A stretch of DNA of 63,089 bases, filler included, from Polymyxa betae A26-41 (GCA_003693705.1; 5 parts of 5 records of this genome joined end to end with filler, not necessarily neighbours in it), one strand, 5' to 3'; positions 1 to 13,300 are shown, counted from the first letter of the whole stretch. A program made the numbers and translations. The notes: generated from the letters alone by a model not told the origin.

Positions 1-281
1 TCCCAAAAAAACAGCGTACGCAGTTTGACGAACTGCGCACGCAATGGCTCCTGATGACGGACGCATAAATCTGATGCATAACAAAGATGCGAACCTGATG
101 GAAGTATGACGACGTACCTTAATATTAATAGGCTCGACCCCCGAGAGGTCCGTACGGCATCCGTACGGACCGAGCTGGATTTGGGTCCTGGGATTCGAGC
201 TGGAATAAATCAGAGTTGATAACGAGCTGTAATTCGTGTGTGTCAATTTAGTAGCGTATCGCGATTGGAGGATCCGCTCCA
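1..281. repeat. Hairpin-rich repeat, copy 1 (probable DNA-transposon terminus starting TCCCAAAAA)
   Basis: Near-identical to 14787-15068 (differs by A-run length and one substitution). Diverged reverse-complement copy at ~44627-44801. Stem-loops at 14-42 and 147-171. Confidence 0.9.
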
Positions 282-1599
282 AACGGTGACAAATGATCAA
301 TCAGAAACGGATTCTTGAAAAGTTTCGAAATTGATTCAGATTTTAATGATATCACACGAATTAATCCATATTTTCTTCATATTCAGCACCGAAACTAGTC
401 AACGATTGTAAAAATCCTTCCGTTGCTTGCATGATCATTTGTCTCCTGGCTGGCGATGTCAGGCCATGGGTACTCCTGATACCGTCGAACAATGTGCGCT
501 ATCTCCATTATTCATTTCCTATACAGACAGAGCACATTTAAATGAAAACCCGATATCAATTACCTTTTAAAAAAGAGCTTTGAGAACTCCCATCCCCAAA
601 CCAATGTATTGCCGAGCTCGATAGTTTGAGCTATCTTCGCCTCGATTTGTCGTTTGTATTCTTGAACCAGTTCTAAAGGTCCCAATAATGCTGTTTCATC
701 AGAAACGGAAGATATATCTCGTTGAATCAGTTTAGGTTTCCGCGCTACGTTCAACACATCTGCATGTTTTAAGCACAGAGCTAGAGGGTATCCGCGAAAC
801 AAATGAATTCCTGCAAGTTCAACATCATCGAAACCGTTATTGGAAGAGCCAGCTATAGTTTCAGGTCATAAAGCATTCCATTCTGTTTGGAAACGATATT
901 GCCGTTGTCATTGGCATTGTCAGGCTGCAAGGTTATATCGGGTACTTGGTCTCCTGCTGTGTTGGTTTAAATTGCTGTCGATAACTGTCCTGCCATTTCT
1001 AAACTTCCAACAAAACTACAACCAAGACTTAGATATCGATGAGAGCAGAGAGAGCAAATGATCCACGAATTGAAACCAGAATTTTTTTTTCAGTGATCTC
1101 TGATCACTCATTACCTGGAACTCAAATGAGATATGAAAATTTGTCAAAAATTGCAAATTCTATAATTTAAAACAAACGACGTGTTAGTCAATTACCGAAA
1201 TCAGAATCACTGCATTCATTCCTGCCAATGACTGAATTTGTTGGTTCGGTTTGATGATTACCCTCACAATCATTTTGTCCGTTACGTACATTCGCGAATA
1301 CCAGGTTCCTGGATTGAAAAACATCGTCCTGAGTGCCCGACGATTCCGTGCCTGAGAAAGATTTTTTTAGCCACAACTTAATGTTGGTAGGAATCTCCAA
1401 AAAATTACAAACATAACGTTACCTGTTTCATCATTTGCTGCTTCTTCAACCAATTCTGAACCACCATGTGTTTCAAACGCGTCCCTGAAAACTGTGTAAG
1501 CGTTGGAATTAACCCAATGTCAAACGTTGTCATTTCGAAATGTTTAGGCGCACGCGATGGCCATCCCTGACAAGATTGATAGTCCTGAAATTTCATTCT

Positions 1600-3460
1600 C
1601 GGCATGTTTTCGTAGTTAGAAAACGAAATCTTTCAGATTAAGATGATCGCGTCCGATCGCTTCTTTAAATTCGCGATTATACTTCTCCAGGAGATTGTTT
1701 GTCCGGTTGGCCAAACTGGTATTGCTCATCATAATCCGGTGAATGTTCCACTCATCCGGGGAGACTGCTTTCAGCCATCGTCGTTTACAGTACTTCCAAA
1801 ACTGCTGCATCTTAGATTGGTGTTCAAAATCGAGATCGATTTTGGATTCTATATACCAAGTCCAACCGTTTTAGTTTCTTCAGGAGGAATGATGGTTAAT
1901 GTTTGTAACATATCTGTTCGCATCAACTGCCTTATTAGGCCTTCGTCGAATTCTAATTTGATTAACTTGGAACGAACTGCCTGTTTCCAGTGAAACAGAC
2001 ATCCAATTACCGAGGTGCTCTGTCCAATTACACCTAAGCAAAGTTAATAAACAGTCCCGAGAACAAATAATAGGGTTAGGGTTTTAGTTACTCTTAATGG
2101 AGTTTATGAGTGCCGGCTCAAAATCGCATTAAACTTGAGCTGGAACAATTTTTGTCCCGATGACAGTCTGGATTAGATTTAACATCCAGCAATATAAAAA
2201 TGTCGACTTCGCAGTCATTAGCACATAAAAAACAGGAATGTATAGATCTGTTGGACGATCATGGATCATAAGAATTACGATTTGGGAGTACGGCTGCGGT
2301 GTAGCTTTAAAAGTTGCATCTATAAACAGATGAATGTTTTCGTTTTTCATCAAATTATAAAGGCCAGGAACTCCCCAGCCTAGAAGCCTGTGTCGCTTTC
2401 CCCCACCAAACACTGTAGTGTTGAATGCCAGAAATGGTCCAGATCCATCAGATAGAAGAGCCACGTCGAGTTCCTCAATACCGGGCAGCTATCTGCTCTT
2501 AAACCGCCACATTTGATATAGCGGAACCGTTCCATAACTTCTTGTTTCTTCATCATCCGAATCGTCCTCCCAGAATAGGTTTCAGCAATCAGTGTTGATA
2601 CTTGCTGCCAAGCATCAGTTGCAGTTCAGTGAAGTTTTGCTGTTAACATTCGATCCACCATCAATTTCATCTAGGGCTCCGATCGGTAGTCTCGGGTCGG
2701 GTACCTGCCTACTACCGGTATCGTATCCGGAAAACCGGATACGATAGCGGTAATATCGGCTACAGAAACACGAAATTGGAATAAAGGAGCGGAAACAACT
2801 TTTACTGTTCATTTTTTCAATGCACACTTGCCGAACAGTGATGAATTGAGCGTCTCGAGCGTCTCTGGCTTCAAGGAATATCTGCGAAGCCCGATCATAT
2901 CTCGAACTCAGTTAAATATTCTTTCAGCCGCCACTGATGATCCATTGATGGAAAGAATGTCCTTGGCAACTTTGCTTTGGTTCGAAAAACTGCTTCGGAT
3001 GGGGTGTCCAGAATTCCAAGGGATCGACTGCTGGATGCTCTCATCGTAAGCTCAGGTACTTATCCACTTCATCCATTACCTGTTGCTCTGTTACAGTATG
3101 GGAGACTATAAATTTCGGTAGTTTTCGGTTCCCGGTCGGATAGCTCCATAGTACCGGTACCCTACCGGTATCCGATCCGAACACCGATACACGGGTAGAA
3201 TCCGACCGAGTCGGAGCCTTAATTTCATCCGAAGTTGAAATCAAATCCAAAGACAGTTATTCTAAAGAAATATACCTCATCTGTCACATCCAAAACGTCT
3301 GTCTTTTGACGAACACAGGTGTGATTCTCGGGCAAGCATCCCCTTATAACCGTGCCATCAGGATTTACAGTAATACTGCCTGGACATGTCGTTGAGCGTT
3401 CCAAAGTGGGACGTCGCTCACTGCAACGAAAAAACTTGAGTCCTGTTGATCCTAGCTTAT
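1600..3460 (-). pseudogene. Mutator/MULE transposase remnant, interrupted by a hAT insertion
   Basis: LFIDATFKATPQPYSQIVILM...IPVFYVLMTAKS (MULE domain, 2129-2464). FWKYCKRRWL...RTNNLLEKYNREFK (1616-1810). A C..R...CPG...H zinc-finger-like segment lies near 3320-3440. Confidence 0.85.
2672..3221 (-). mobile_element. Non-autonomous 550-bp hAT element retaining a dimerisation-domain fragment
   Basis: TIRs TAGGGCTCCGA / TCGGAGCCTTA. 8-bp TSD ATTTCATC at 2664-2671 and 3222-3229. Minus strand reads DEVDKYL..DPLEFW..VAKDILSINGSSVAAERIF with a stop and a frameshift. Confidence 0.9.
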
Positions 3461-3689
3461 AAACGTAAGTAAAGTTTCCGATTGTGATAGAAGGCTAAGT
3501 AACATTTTCGCATATTGAACGTTAAAAGGCAACCGCGTTATGTAGATTAGCTTTGAAAAACGATCGGACGGGGTACAGATGAGTCTGGGGATTTTTATTT
3601 GATAATTATAAAAGATGTCAGAGAATAGCTCAGGAATTGGAAACAGAATAACGAATAACATTAGTCTACGCACAAGATGAATCGTCACA

Positions 3690-3858
3690 AAGAAGGCCAT
3701 TGCGAAGGCCATTAATTGCGAGACTTCCATTGAAGGTCATTCCGAAGGCTATTGTCGATGTCAGAAGGTCAATTAGAGTGCCATTGAAAGAGTGCGCACG
3801 GAAGGCCAATACGAAGGCCGAAGGCAAATCCGAGGGCAAAATTTACTTTCTTCCGTGT
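3690..3858. repeat. GAAGG(C/T)CA motif cluster ending in a CAC-type terminus (possible CMC/CACTA end)
   Basis: About 8 GAAGGCCA-like motifs. The reverse complement of the right end reads CACGGAAGAAAG. Confidence 0.45.
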
Positions 3859-4059
3859 TCCTCAAGGAGATCCGACTGATTCAGATTCAGATTGAAAGTT
3901 GTGGCGCCCTATATTCAGACGCCAGAATGTTTTTGACCATCGCCCATACGCTCCCTCCAAGAATGCATGGTCTCCGGGATCGATTTTCTGTACGGACCGA
4001 AGGAACGACAAAATTTTGCCTCACTGGAACAAGCCATCAGCGAATTCGCGAAGAACAAT

Positions 4060-7000
4060 CCAGTTAAACGCAAACCAGAAAAGGCGAATCCTGCGGAAAA
4101 GAATGAAAAGATAAAATGAAAGCACTGCAAGCTAAAGGGTCACAAGAAGGAAGAATGTCGAGCCAGAACACACAGATCCAGCTAATGTGGTGAAACGGGA
4201 CTTTTCCAAAAGAGGTGTAAAAGTGAAATCCCAATTAATCGTCGCATTACTTCATCTCAGTGACTGTGCGGAAATGGGTCGTGGACACAGGAGCCTCATC
4301 ATCTATCAGGGTCAATGTTGCAGAAGCTCATCGCACCAATGGCGAATAGCTTACACAGGCGGACGGGTTGACCATCACGATCACCGGATCAGGGCCACTG
4401 AACGTCGGATTCCCCATCTCACACGTTGTACAGGTAGCTCAAGCAAGCACGAATCTACTCTCGGTAGAGAGAGCATGCGAAGATGGCGGCATCGACTCAG
4501 CTGCCATCGACAACAACGGATTCTGACTCTGCAAAAACGGAGGTGTTATCGCTTCTGGCAAAACGGACAATACAGGCTTGAGGAGGGCGGGCGATTAGCA
4601 CATGGTCACATGGGGGTCTCGACAGAGCAACGGCATCGACGCCTCGCTCATGCTCCGACAAAGACGATCGAGAGGATAGCGAACGAAAAGCCAGCCAGCG
4701 GCGTCGACCTGCAAAAAAGAAAGTCTGAATTGACCAGCGAATCCTGCAAATCAGGGAAGTCAACACGCTCTCCGTTCCAGCCTCGAGACGAAAGCAGACG
4801 TGTAGACAAGCCAGGAACAGTCTTGCACACAGATCTCTGCGGTCCCATGCAGACCCAGAGTATTCAGGGAGCACGATACGCGATGCCGATGATCGATGAA
4901 TTCTCAAGCTTCGTCACAGTATACTTTGTGAAATCGAAAGACGAAGCGTCCGAAGATTTACTCGAATGTATTCAACTCTACCGGACGCAGAAGGGCACCT
5001 ACGTCCAGGTCGTCCAGGCCGATAACGGTGGAGAGTTTACTTCAAATTACATTAAAAGCAAATTGAAGAGAAGGGCATCAGATTGCAAACGACGATACCC
5101 TACACGCCTCAACAGAAAGGAGTCGCAGAGCGTATGAATCATACGTCAGTTGATCGAACACGGATGAAGCTGTTGGACGCCGGTCTATCGGCAAAACACA
5201 ATGGCCTCTGCAGCACACATTATTAACAGAATTGTTTCAGCGGCATGCGGCCACTAATCGCCTTACGAGCTGTGGACGGGTCTGCCGCCTGACTTCGGGC
5301 ACCTAAGAGTCTTCGGGTTCGGGCATTCGTTCACATCCCAGACGAGAAGCGCTGAAAGTTCGATCCGAAGGCAATACTCGGCATCTTCCTTGGATACGCT
5401 ATCGGGCAAAGGGATAGGTGGTGCAAGACCCTGAAAGTGGAAAGATAGTAGTCAGCCGCGACATGATATTTGATGAAAATCAACTACCAACTAAGAAGCC
5501 GACGGAGAGTCCTAATCTTTACGTCGTCGAACGACAGGTTAGCTGGCCGATCAACACGACCATTGATGACGAGCAGATGGCGGAAACGAATGACGAAGCT
5601 GGACAGCCGCCGACCAATGACGAAGCAGAACAGGTTGATTAAGACAAGAATGTGCACCGCCGAGACGATCATCGCGAGTTACGGGACAGCCAGCGCGATA
5701 CGCCGACGAACAAGCAGACGAGTTGATACGAAAAGGACAAAGCAAATCTTCTGGACATTCCGCGTTCTTGGTGAAAGAGCCGAAAAGTTAGGATGACGCC
5801 ATTGACGCACCAGACGCCACCAAATCGAGAGAAGCTATGAAACAAGAATATCAGTCACTGATGAAGGACAAGGCTTGGAGCCTTACCAAACAACCACGCG
5901 GGCGGAAAGCGATTAAATCCAAGTGGGAGTTCGTCGCCCAAGGCTTTTCGCAACGCCATGGTGTTGACTACGACGAGAAGCTCTCGCTGGTTACTACGAA
6001 GGCACACAATCAGAATACTTATCGGCCTGAAGTCGTAGGGGTGGTGCGTACGGCATGTCGATGTCGATACAACATATCTCAATGCGGACGTGGACACCGA
6101 GCTTTACATCATGCAGCCGAAGGGATTCGAACAACATGGCAATCAGGGAGAGATCTAGTATGCAAGTTAAGACAGGCAATATAGGGCTTAAAACAGGCTG
6201 GTTTAGCCTGGTATGATCACCTTTCGAGACTGTTTCTGAAGTTGAAGCTCAGGAAGTCGTTTCACGACCCATGCCTCATAATCAATAGCGCTGGAGTTTA
6301 TCTGGCGACCTATGTGGACGATATAATTATAGCGTCAAAGTTACAAAAAGCTTTTACCGCAGTCGAAGATTGGATGGATCAGGATCTCAAGATCAATCGC
6401 TTAAGAGAGATAACACATTTCCTAGAATGGACGATCACCAGTTTAGAAGGCCTCGTGATTATCTCCCAAGATTCGTACGTGCTGCAAGTTTTGACGAAAT
6501 TCGGTATGGAAGATTTTAACCCGGCGACGATGCCAGCTGTACATGTACAAGTATGCCAGCAGGACAAACAAGAAGAGGAAGACATTAACTTCACTTCTCG
6601 CGAAAGTGTTGGGAGTTTTGATCAGGGATTCCGGAATAATTATTCCTTATATATTCCCCAAAGGGACTAAATAAGGAGAAATATTCCTCGAGCGCCCCCT
6701 CCAGAATAAATAATTCCTATTCTGCTTTTGTCAGAATAAATAATTCCGGAATAAGGAATTAATTCCTTAAAATTATTCCAGTGTTTTTTTTATAGAAACT
6801 ACTTAGGTCCCAATTCCGTAGCGGACTCCGTGGCAGACTGGTAGCAATTCTCGTTCGCGATCGAGAAGATGACGATCGATGGAGGTCAGGAGAAGGCCAA
6901 GGTTAACAATAGGGACTTGTTTGCCAAGTATTTCGTAGAATGGAAGAATGATGCCTGGAAATGCCGCTGTGGTTCCAAGCGAAAATAAAGCCGTGGATGG

Positions 7001-9084
7001 CAGATTTTGCTAGACCATATCCAGCAGGACCACGCCGATACGATTGTAAAAGCGAAGGAATCGGACCAAATTTCCGTTGTTAAGTTCTTCCGCAAAAAGG
7101 ATTCCAACCTTTTTTATTGGGTTAAGCGGGCTGTCGAGGATTTGCTTCCTTTCAACTTCTGTGAAAAACCGAGCTCCAGGAACTTCAGCAAATTTGAGCC
7201 AATTTCGGTTGAATCATTGAAGGATTGTATGGCGAAGCTGACTTTCCTGTTTGAGGCGAAAATTAAGCGGATTCTTCCAGATCGGTTCGCTATCGCATTT
7301 GATGGATGGACTGACAGTTCGACACATTACCTGAGAGTATTTGCTGTATTTTCGGATCAGAGCACGAAATCCGGATGCGAAAAAGCTCTGCTATCTTTTG
7401 CTCCTCTGATCCATGATGAGGATTTGTCGGCGGATTTACATCACGAGACTTTGTAAGAGATCCTGAAGACGTTTGGCAAACATTTTTTCAATATCGCCTG
7501 TATTATTGGTGATAATTGCGCTGTCAAAAAGAGCTTAGCTCGGAAATGTAAATGATATATGGTAGGATGTGCCAGTCACAGACTTAACCTCTCAGTTCAA
7601 AAATTTATCGATGATTTTACCTATATCATTGATCCGATACGAAACATCACGATAAGTTTGCGGACAATCAAGAATCGCGCTGCATTGAAAAATGTTTCTC
7701 CATTGCCTCCCGTCTTGGATACCGTTACCCGCTGGTCTTTGAAATTTGAGTAGCTGCAACGATACTCCCAGCTACAAACGTATATTGCTGAAATTGTTCC
7801 GGTACAGCTGCAGTTATGTCTTGTTGATAACGTTATTGTGCAGACGCTTTTGAAGAAGCTCGCTCAATTTGAGAGTAACTAAGTTTCTTCAGTCAGAAGA
7901 GCGGCAAATGTATGAGATTCGTGAGGTCTTCGATAAGGTCTTTCAACTGTTCGATTGCCTTAAATATTATTGCGCGAAGGATGCGGAGATGCTTTGTGAC
8001 CTGAGTTTGAATCAGCAGTTTTAAAAATTCAACAGCACCAACTTTGTCGCCAGCTTTTAAAGCTCTCACCTGCAGAGGCTAGATGCGTTTAAACATTTGA
8101 AAGCCCAGCAATGTGAGCCGGACATCGCTTCAGATTCGGAATCTGAGGAAATCGACGAAGTGAATGCAATTATACACAAAGTAAAGCGCGCAAAGGTGCA
8201 GAGCTCCTCTCCATATATTGGCTTACGTTTCTTTCGACCAACCAGTAACATTTGCGTGCGCCTTTTTAACGTAAAAAGTTGGCATTGCCTGATAATCACA
8301 AGCGTCTGCTTCCGACGAATTTCGGAATGCAAATTTTCCTGAAATTTAATCGTCATCTCTGGGACATCGATCTGCTGCATTCCGAAATGGAATAATCAGG
8401 AATAATTCCTCAACATTATGGGAATAATTCCCTCAAAGGAAAAATATTCTTACTTATTCCTTTCGGATTGGGCTAGCAATAACTTATTCTCATGATGGAA
8501 TAGGAATTACTCCAGGTCATGAATTAGTTATTCGGCATCCCTGGTTTTGATGTAATATGGGGAACAGCACGCGTCCTGATATCGCCTACGCGGTCCATTA
8601 CGCTGCAAGGTTCGTCGCTAATCCACAACGTCAACACATCCTAGCAGTGAAGCGGATCTTTCGATACATACAAGGGACGATCGACACAGGCATCATCTTC
8701 AAACGTGACGAGAGTAAAGACCTGATCGAGTACGCCGATGCCGACTTTGCGGGACACGCTGGCGATTCTCGCTCAGCATTTGGCTACATGTTTATGATGA
8801 ACGGGCCGACTACGTGGTCGTCAAGAAGCCAACGGCTTACCACTTTCTCGACAACGGAGGCTGAAATATATGCATTAGCAGAGGCAAGCAAAGAAGCGAT
8901 GTGGATGGCCAAGTTACTGAAAGACATGAACGTGCTACCGCACGAGTCTTCGATCAAGATGATGGAGGACAACACCGCCTGTTTCGCCTTAATCACCGGG
9001 GTGAAGGCGCCGACAAGGACGAAACACCTGGCTCTCCGGATCGAGTTCGTACATGATCTGATCAGCGACAAGGTCATTCGTTGA
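4060..9084 (+). mobile_element. Decayed Ty1/Copia gag-pol, split by a hAT insertion at 6623-8543
   Basis: Degenerate zinc knuckle (HCKLKGHKKEEC), protease WVVDTGAS (~4275), integrase LHTDLCGPM/QADNGGEF, RT YLATYVDD, RNase H YADADFAG...STTEAEI (8557-9084). Domain order PR-IN-RT-RH. Confidence 0.95.
6623..8543 (+). mobile_element. hAT DNA transposon with both ends and a decayed transposase
   Basis: TIRs CAGGGATTCCGGAATAA / TTATTCGGCATCCCTG. 8-bp TSD GTTTTGAT at 6615-6622 and 8544-8551. Subterminal GGAATAA/TTATTCC repeats. Motifs FDGWTD, GDNC, GCASHRLNL, TRWS, PTSN. Confidence 0.95.
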
Positions 9085-9099
9085 GAGCTGCTTCTTTCC

Positions 9100-10400
9100 A
9101 GTTTTCTCGTTCATCTGTCTGTAGTACTTCTTGATATGTTCTCGGAAATTTGGATTTAATTTGCTGCATGTTTAAGAAACCTGTTCGTCAATCGTTTCGA
9201 GAGGATCGTCATTTCGTTGATCACAGGTTTCTGTTTCTCGCCTGATTGTTGATTCGTCCAAAGTTACATCGCGTCGTATTATGATTCTCTTTCATTTTCA
9301 CGTTCAAGCCCTTATCCTATCTGGTATTGCGGATATTCGAGAAATGTGCAGCGTTTCGACGTCTGTTCGATCTATGTTCTCTGCGATTGGTCAAAGTGTG
9401 CGTATGCAATGCAACCAGATGGTCGCATGTGTCCAACTTCAGGTTGTCGCTGCATCCAAATTTCATAGGAGGCTTTCCTGTTGATGCTTGGGGTTGGTAA
9501 CCCGTTTGAGGTATATACAGTGTATCGTACTGCGAATGGCCAATAATCGTATGACAGATTCGATTCGAGGAGGATACATATGGCCATTGACATGATCGTC
9601 TGATTCCGGCGTTCTGCTAGTCCGTTCTGTTGCGGGCTGTACGGCACGGTTCGCCAATGTCCGATGTTCTTCTGTAAAAGGTACATACTCATTTCCCTAT
9701 TAACAAATTCAGCACCATTATCCGTTAAAAATGTCACCATTCGTAAGTTTGTGTCGGCTTGTGCGTCCTGATCAATCGTTTTGTTGCGTCGAGAACTTAT
9801 GTAGTTTTGTGTTTCAAGAATGTGATCCAGAACCATCTAAAGTAAAGGTTGTCAAATGTGATAAAATAACGTTATCTTTCTGTGCTAGGCACTATGATTG
9901 GCATTTTCAGGTCTGAAGATACGATTTCGAAGATTCTGGTCGGTTTCGTTTGTCGCTCCTTCGGGAATGGTTGATGCCGTTGATTGCCTAAAGCGCAGAT
10001 ATCGCAAAAGTACGGTGTCTCGTCCTCAATCTGGATTCCGGTTGTTGATGCCGTGTATGTTTCAGTCGCTCTGCAGAGGCATGTCCAAAGCGTTTGTGTG
10101 CTTGCAGTAGGCTGATCATCATGTTTGTTTCAGGAGCGGGATTTCCGGGAATGTAGAACACGCCGTTTCGCTCAGTTACCGTGATGATCACGCTCCCGTT
10201 TCTGTCCTGAATAGTTAACTGGTCGTCGATTATGATGGTTAATCCCCTCTCAGTGAAAGATTTCGTCGACAGTAATGTTTTGGTGATTCTAGGCACGTAA
10301 AGTACGTTCCTAATAACAATGGGAATGTTCGCATTAATTTTCAGTTTACCGGATCCGTATGCGGGCGATCTTTCGCCGTTGCTGATGATAACTGCTGTCG
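9100..10400 (-). mobile_element. Ty1/Copia fragment (end of protease, GAG-pre-integrase, integrase)
   Basis: NVLYVPRITKTLLS, HKRFGHAS, LTDNGAEF...PYSPQQNGLAERRN. Confidence 0.9.
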
Positions 10401-10790
10401 GTGTTGAAAGTAGACACAGTGATAACACGGGAAAGGAAGGTAAGCCTTTATGTAGAAGATATTTCAAGGTGGGTGTGAACGAGGGTGTGACAGGATGCTG
10501 ATAGTTAATGTTACGGTGAAGGAGATTCGGGTTGCGGGCGAACACCCCTCAAACCGATATCTCCGAACCAGTGTCAGTGACCCCCATCTGTGTTCGACAC
10601 CATTCAAATTTAGGTTTGCTGATTGGTTTGGTAAGAGAATCGGCAACCATTTAGTCCGTGGGACAATATTCGACATGTATTGTGTGATCCTTGATTTTGT
10701 CCCGTGTTGCAAGATACTGAACATCAATATGCTTAGTTCGCCTGTCCGTTCGATCGTTGCTAGCTACACTTATACAACCCTGATTGTCAC

Positions 10791-13300
10791 TAGAGGTGTC
10801 AACGGGTCGACCCGACCCGGTTTGACCTGAGCCAACCCGACCCGACCCGACTCGTTTGCAGCATACATTCCCTAACCCGGATCCGACCCGCGATGCAAGC
10901 TCCTCACCCGAGTTGATCGGGATGTGACTCGGGTTGATCTTAAGGAATACAACAGAATGTTATTTGTAATTAGTAATCGATCATGTAAACATTAGAAAGG
11001 ATTGTAGTTCTGTGTTTGCTGTGACAGCGTCATCACCAAGTCGCGCTCGCCTCTTGGTGATGATGATTCCTTCCTTTGAAAATACTGATTCACTGGGCAC
11101 GTAAGTTGAGGTAACTCCAATATAATCACGTGCAATTACGCGATTCGTGGAAACAGGTTTTTGTTCACGCTGAACCAAATGCAAATTTCGCGCGAGCTCT
11201 GCTGCATGTCCATGGGCTGGTGCTGGAACCATCTCTGGATTTCATTTCGAAACGGTTCTGCGGCGGCAGTCCGACCTCCTGATCCGGATGTCCTGTTAGG
11301 CTGCAACAATTGTAGAAGTTCCGTCATCGCCCCAGTGGATGCTCACGAAGACAGCAAATTAACAGTTTCAAGTTCGGTTTTCGGCAGATCTGCTTCAAAG
11401 ATAGGCGCATAATAGTCGTCATACTCTGTCATGATATTCGTAATGACGTCATCTTGATCGATTAGTAAGGCGGGGAGAAATACTTTAACTCGTGGGTCAA
11501 GTGCAGTAGCAATCAGTAATGACGAGCATCAAATCTTGTCATCGTAGTTTTCCAACTTTTGAAGAACGCATTTTGCAAACTTCATTGTATGAGTTGAGCG
11601 GAATCCGGTATTAGCTTTGATGGCTTGTTTTACGTGTTCTGCTAGCATGTGAAAGGCCGGAATGGCCATTCCTAGTGTTGGGTATTCTGATCCTGATAAT
11701 CGAACGGTAATATCTTTGAACGGTTTGAGAAATTTGCAAAAGCCCTCCATTGCGAACCACGATTCTTCAGGAATTCTTTTTGCAAGATTATCAGTACGTA
11801 CAAATGGCCATGTTACAATATCCGTCATGTCGGTTTCTGATGCGACGCTGAAGTTTTTCACAAGGCTTGCGGGTTTGGATCACTGTATTTAACATGTCCC
11901 AGGTGCTGTTCCACCTGGTCTCGACATCTAACTGCGGGATCCTGAAGTTCGCTTTAAGGTTGGAAGCAATGCTCTCCAACGTCTCTATAAGCTTGGGGGA
12001 ATCGACAGTCTTCTTCACAAGGTCCCGAAACAATCCGATCGCCACATCCAACTTTTTTCAATGCTTCAACCCTTCCTTAACAGCAAGATGCAATGTGTGC
12101 GCCATACATGATAACTGGAATACGTTGTTGGGATATTGAGTTACAAGCTCAGTAGAAATGGGTTCATTGCTGGCCTCATCGTCTACTGTATCTTCAATGC
12201 ACTGCTTAAGGACATCGTGAAGTTTGTTTTTGATAGAAGAAACCATTGACGTGTTGCTGGACGCATTGTCTGCTGTTATTGCCCAAATTGTCAGCAGCAG
12301 TTGAGGATCCATATCTTTGACAGCGGCAAGCAAATGCTCGGCAAGTCTCTCTCCCGTGTGCGAATATAGGAGGACCCTAACAAATGCCAATATTACATGC
12401 TTCATCTCCCAATCGTTGTTGATGTAGTGCTGTGTGATTACCATATAGCCGCGTTTGGCAGCAGATGTCCACATGTCTGTTGTTATTCCACATCTTCGAT
12501 TTTGAGATCTTTCTTGAGTATACATCGAACTCTATTTTTTTCATCTTGCCAACGTTTTAAAATTCTGTTTTTAATCGTATTGCGGGTCGGCATTTGGTAT
12601 TCATCTCGTAATGAAAAGCAAAACTCCCTAAAATCTGATTGTTCCACAGCGGAAAAAGGCTGCGAGTGATTCACAATCCAGTCGGTGAGCTTGCGATCGC
12701 TGATAACTTTGTCCGCGTTGGTAAATGATTCGTTGTTGCTGGTTTTCCTCTTCCGAGAAGGTGGAACGCTCGTGGAAGAAAAGAAATGGTTAATCTTGGT
12801 CTGAGCTTTGGAGTTCTGGCATGAAGAAGTGTATAGATCAGGATGAATTGATTCGAGATGCCTGCGGAAATTAGACGTGCTCTTGACCTTCCAACGTTGC
12901 GAGGTGTTTTTGGAGGCACAGATTTGGCAAAAAAAGGGGTGGGATTCGTGGATTCTTCGCCAGTGAAAGCGTAAACGTCAGACTCCGCCTTTCTCGATTC
13001 CAGTGGCGCCGAGCTGACTGGAGCTGAAGTCACCAAACTCGGGACAGAGGGCTCTTCCTCGAGGTCTAACGACCGTGACACCAAGCTTGCCTGATCAACA
13101 CTCATAATCGTGGCGTCTTTGGCGTCGTGAATTTTGGTGTTATTGGATGTGCTAGAGACGAAAAACGGCTGGGTGGAAGACTGAGGAATCGAATCATGGA
13201 CTGCCTCGACCCGAGTCGTCGCAGTCCGTCTCACCAGAGTCATGCCCGAGTTGACCCGGTTTCGACTCGACTCGGGTCGACCCTCAGCGAAACCCGGGCA
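10791..13300 (-). mobile_element. hAT (Ac-like) element with a BED finger and decayed transposase; only one clear TIR
   Basis: Left end TAGAGGTGTCAACGGG with ACCCG subterminal repeats, which recur at 13240-13300. Frameshifted BED finger CQIC...STSNFRRHLESIH (~12840-12930). Motifs ITTDMWTS, ITADNASSN, CMAHTLHL, DVETRWNST, SESVFS. Confidence 0.9.

Noticed and set aside
51-100. CTGATGA as a hammerhead ribozyme core in the contig-start repeat
   Set aside because: Copy 2 has CTGATAA and copy 3 lacks it; no properly placed GAAA or stem II
10402-10790. Possible solo LTR ending TCAACA on the minus strand
   Set aside because: No matching start or TSD found; it may be truncated by the hAT, so it cannot be delimited
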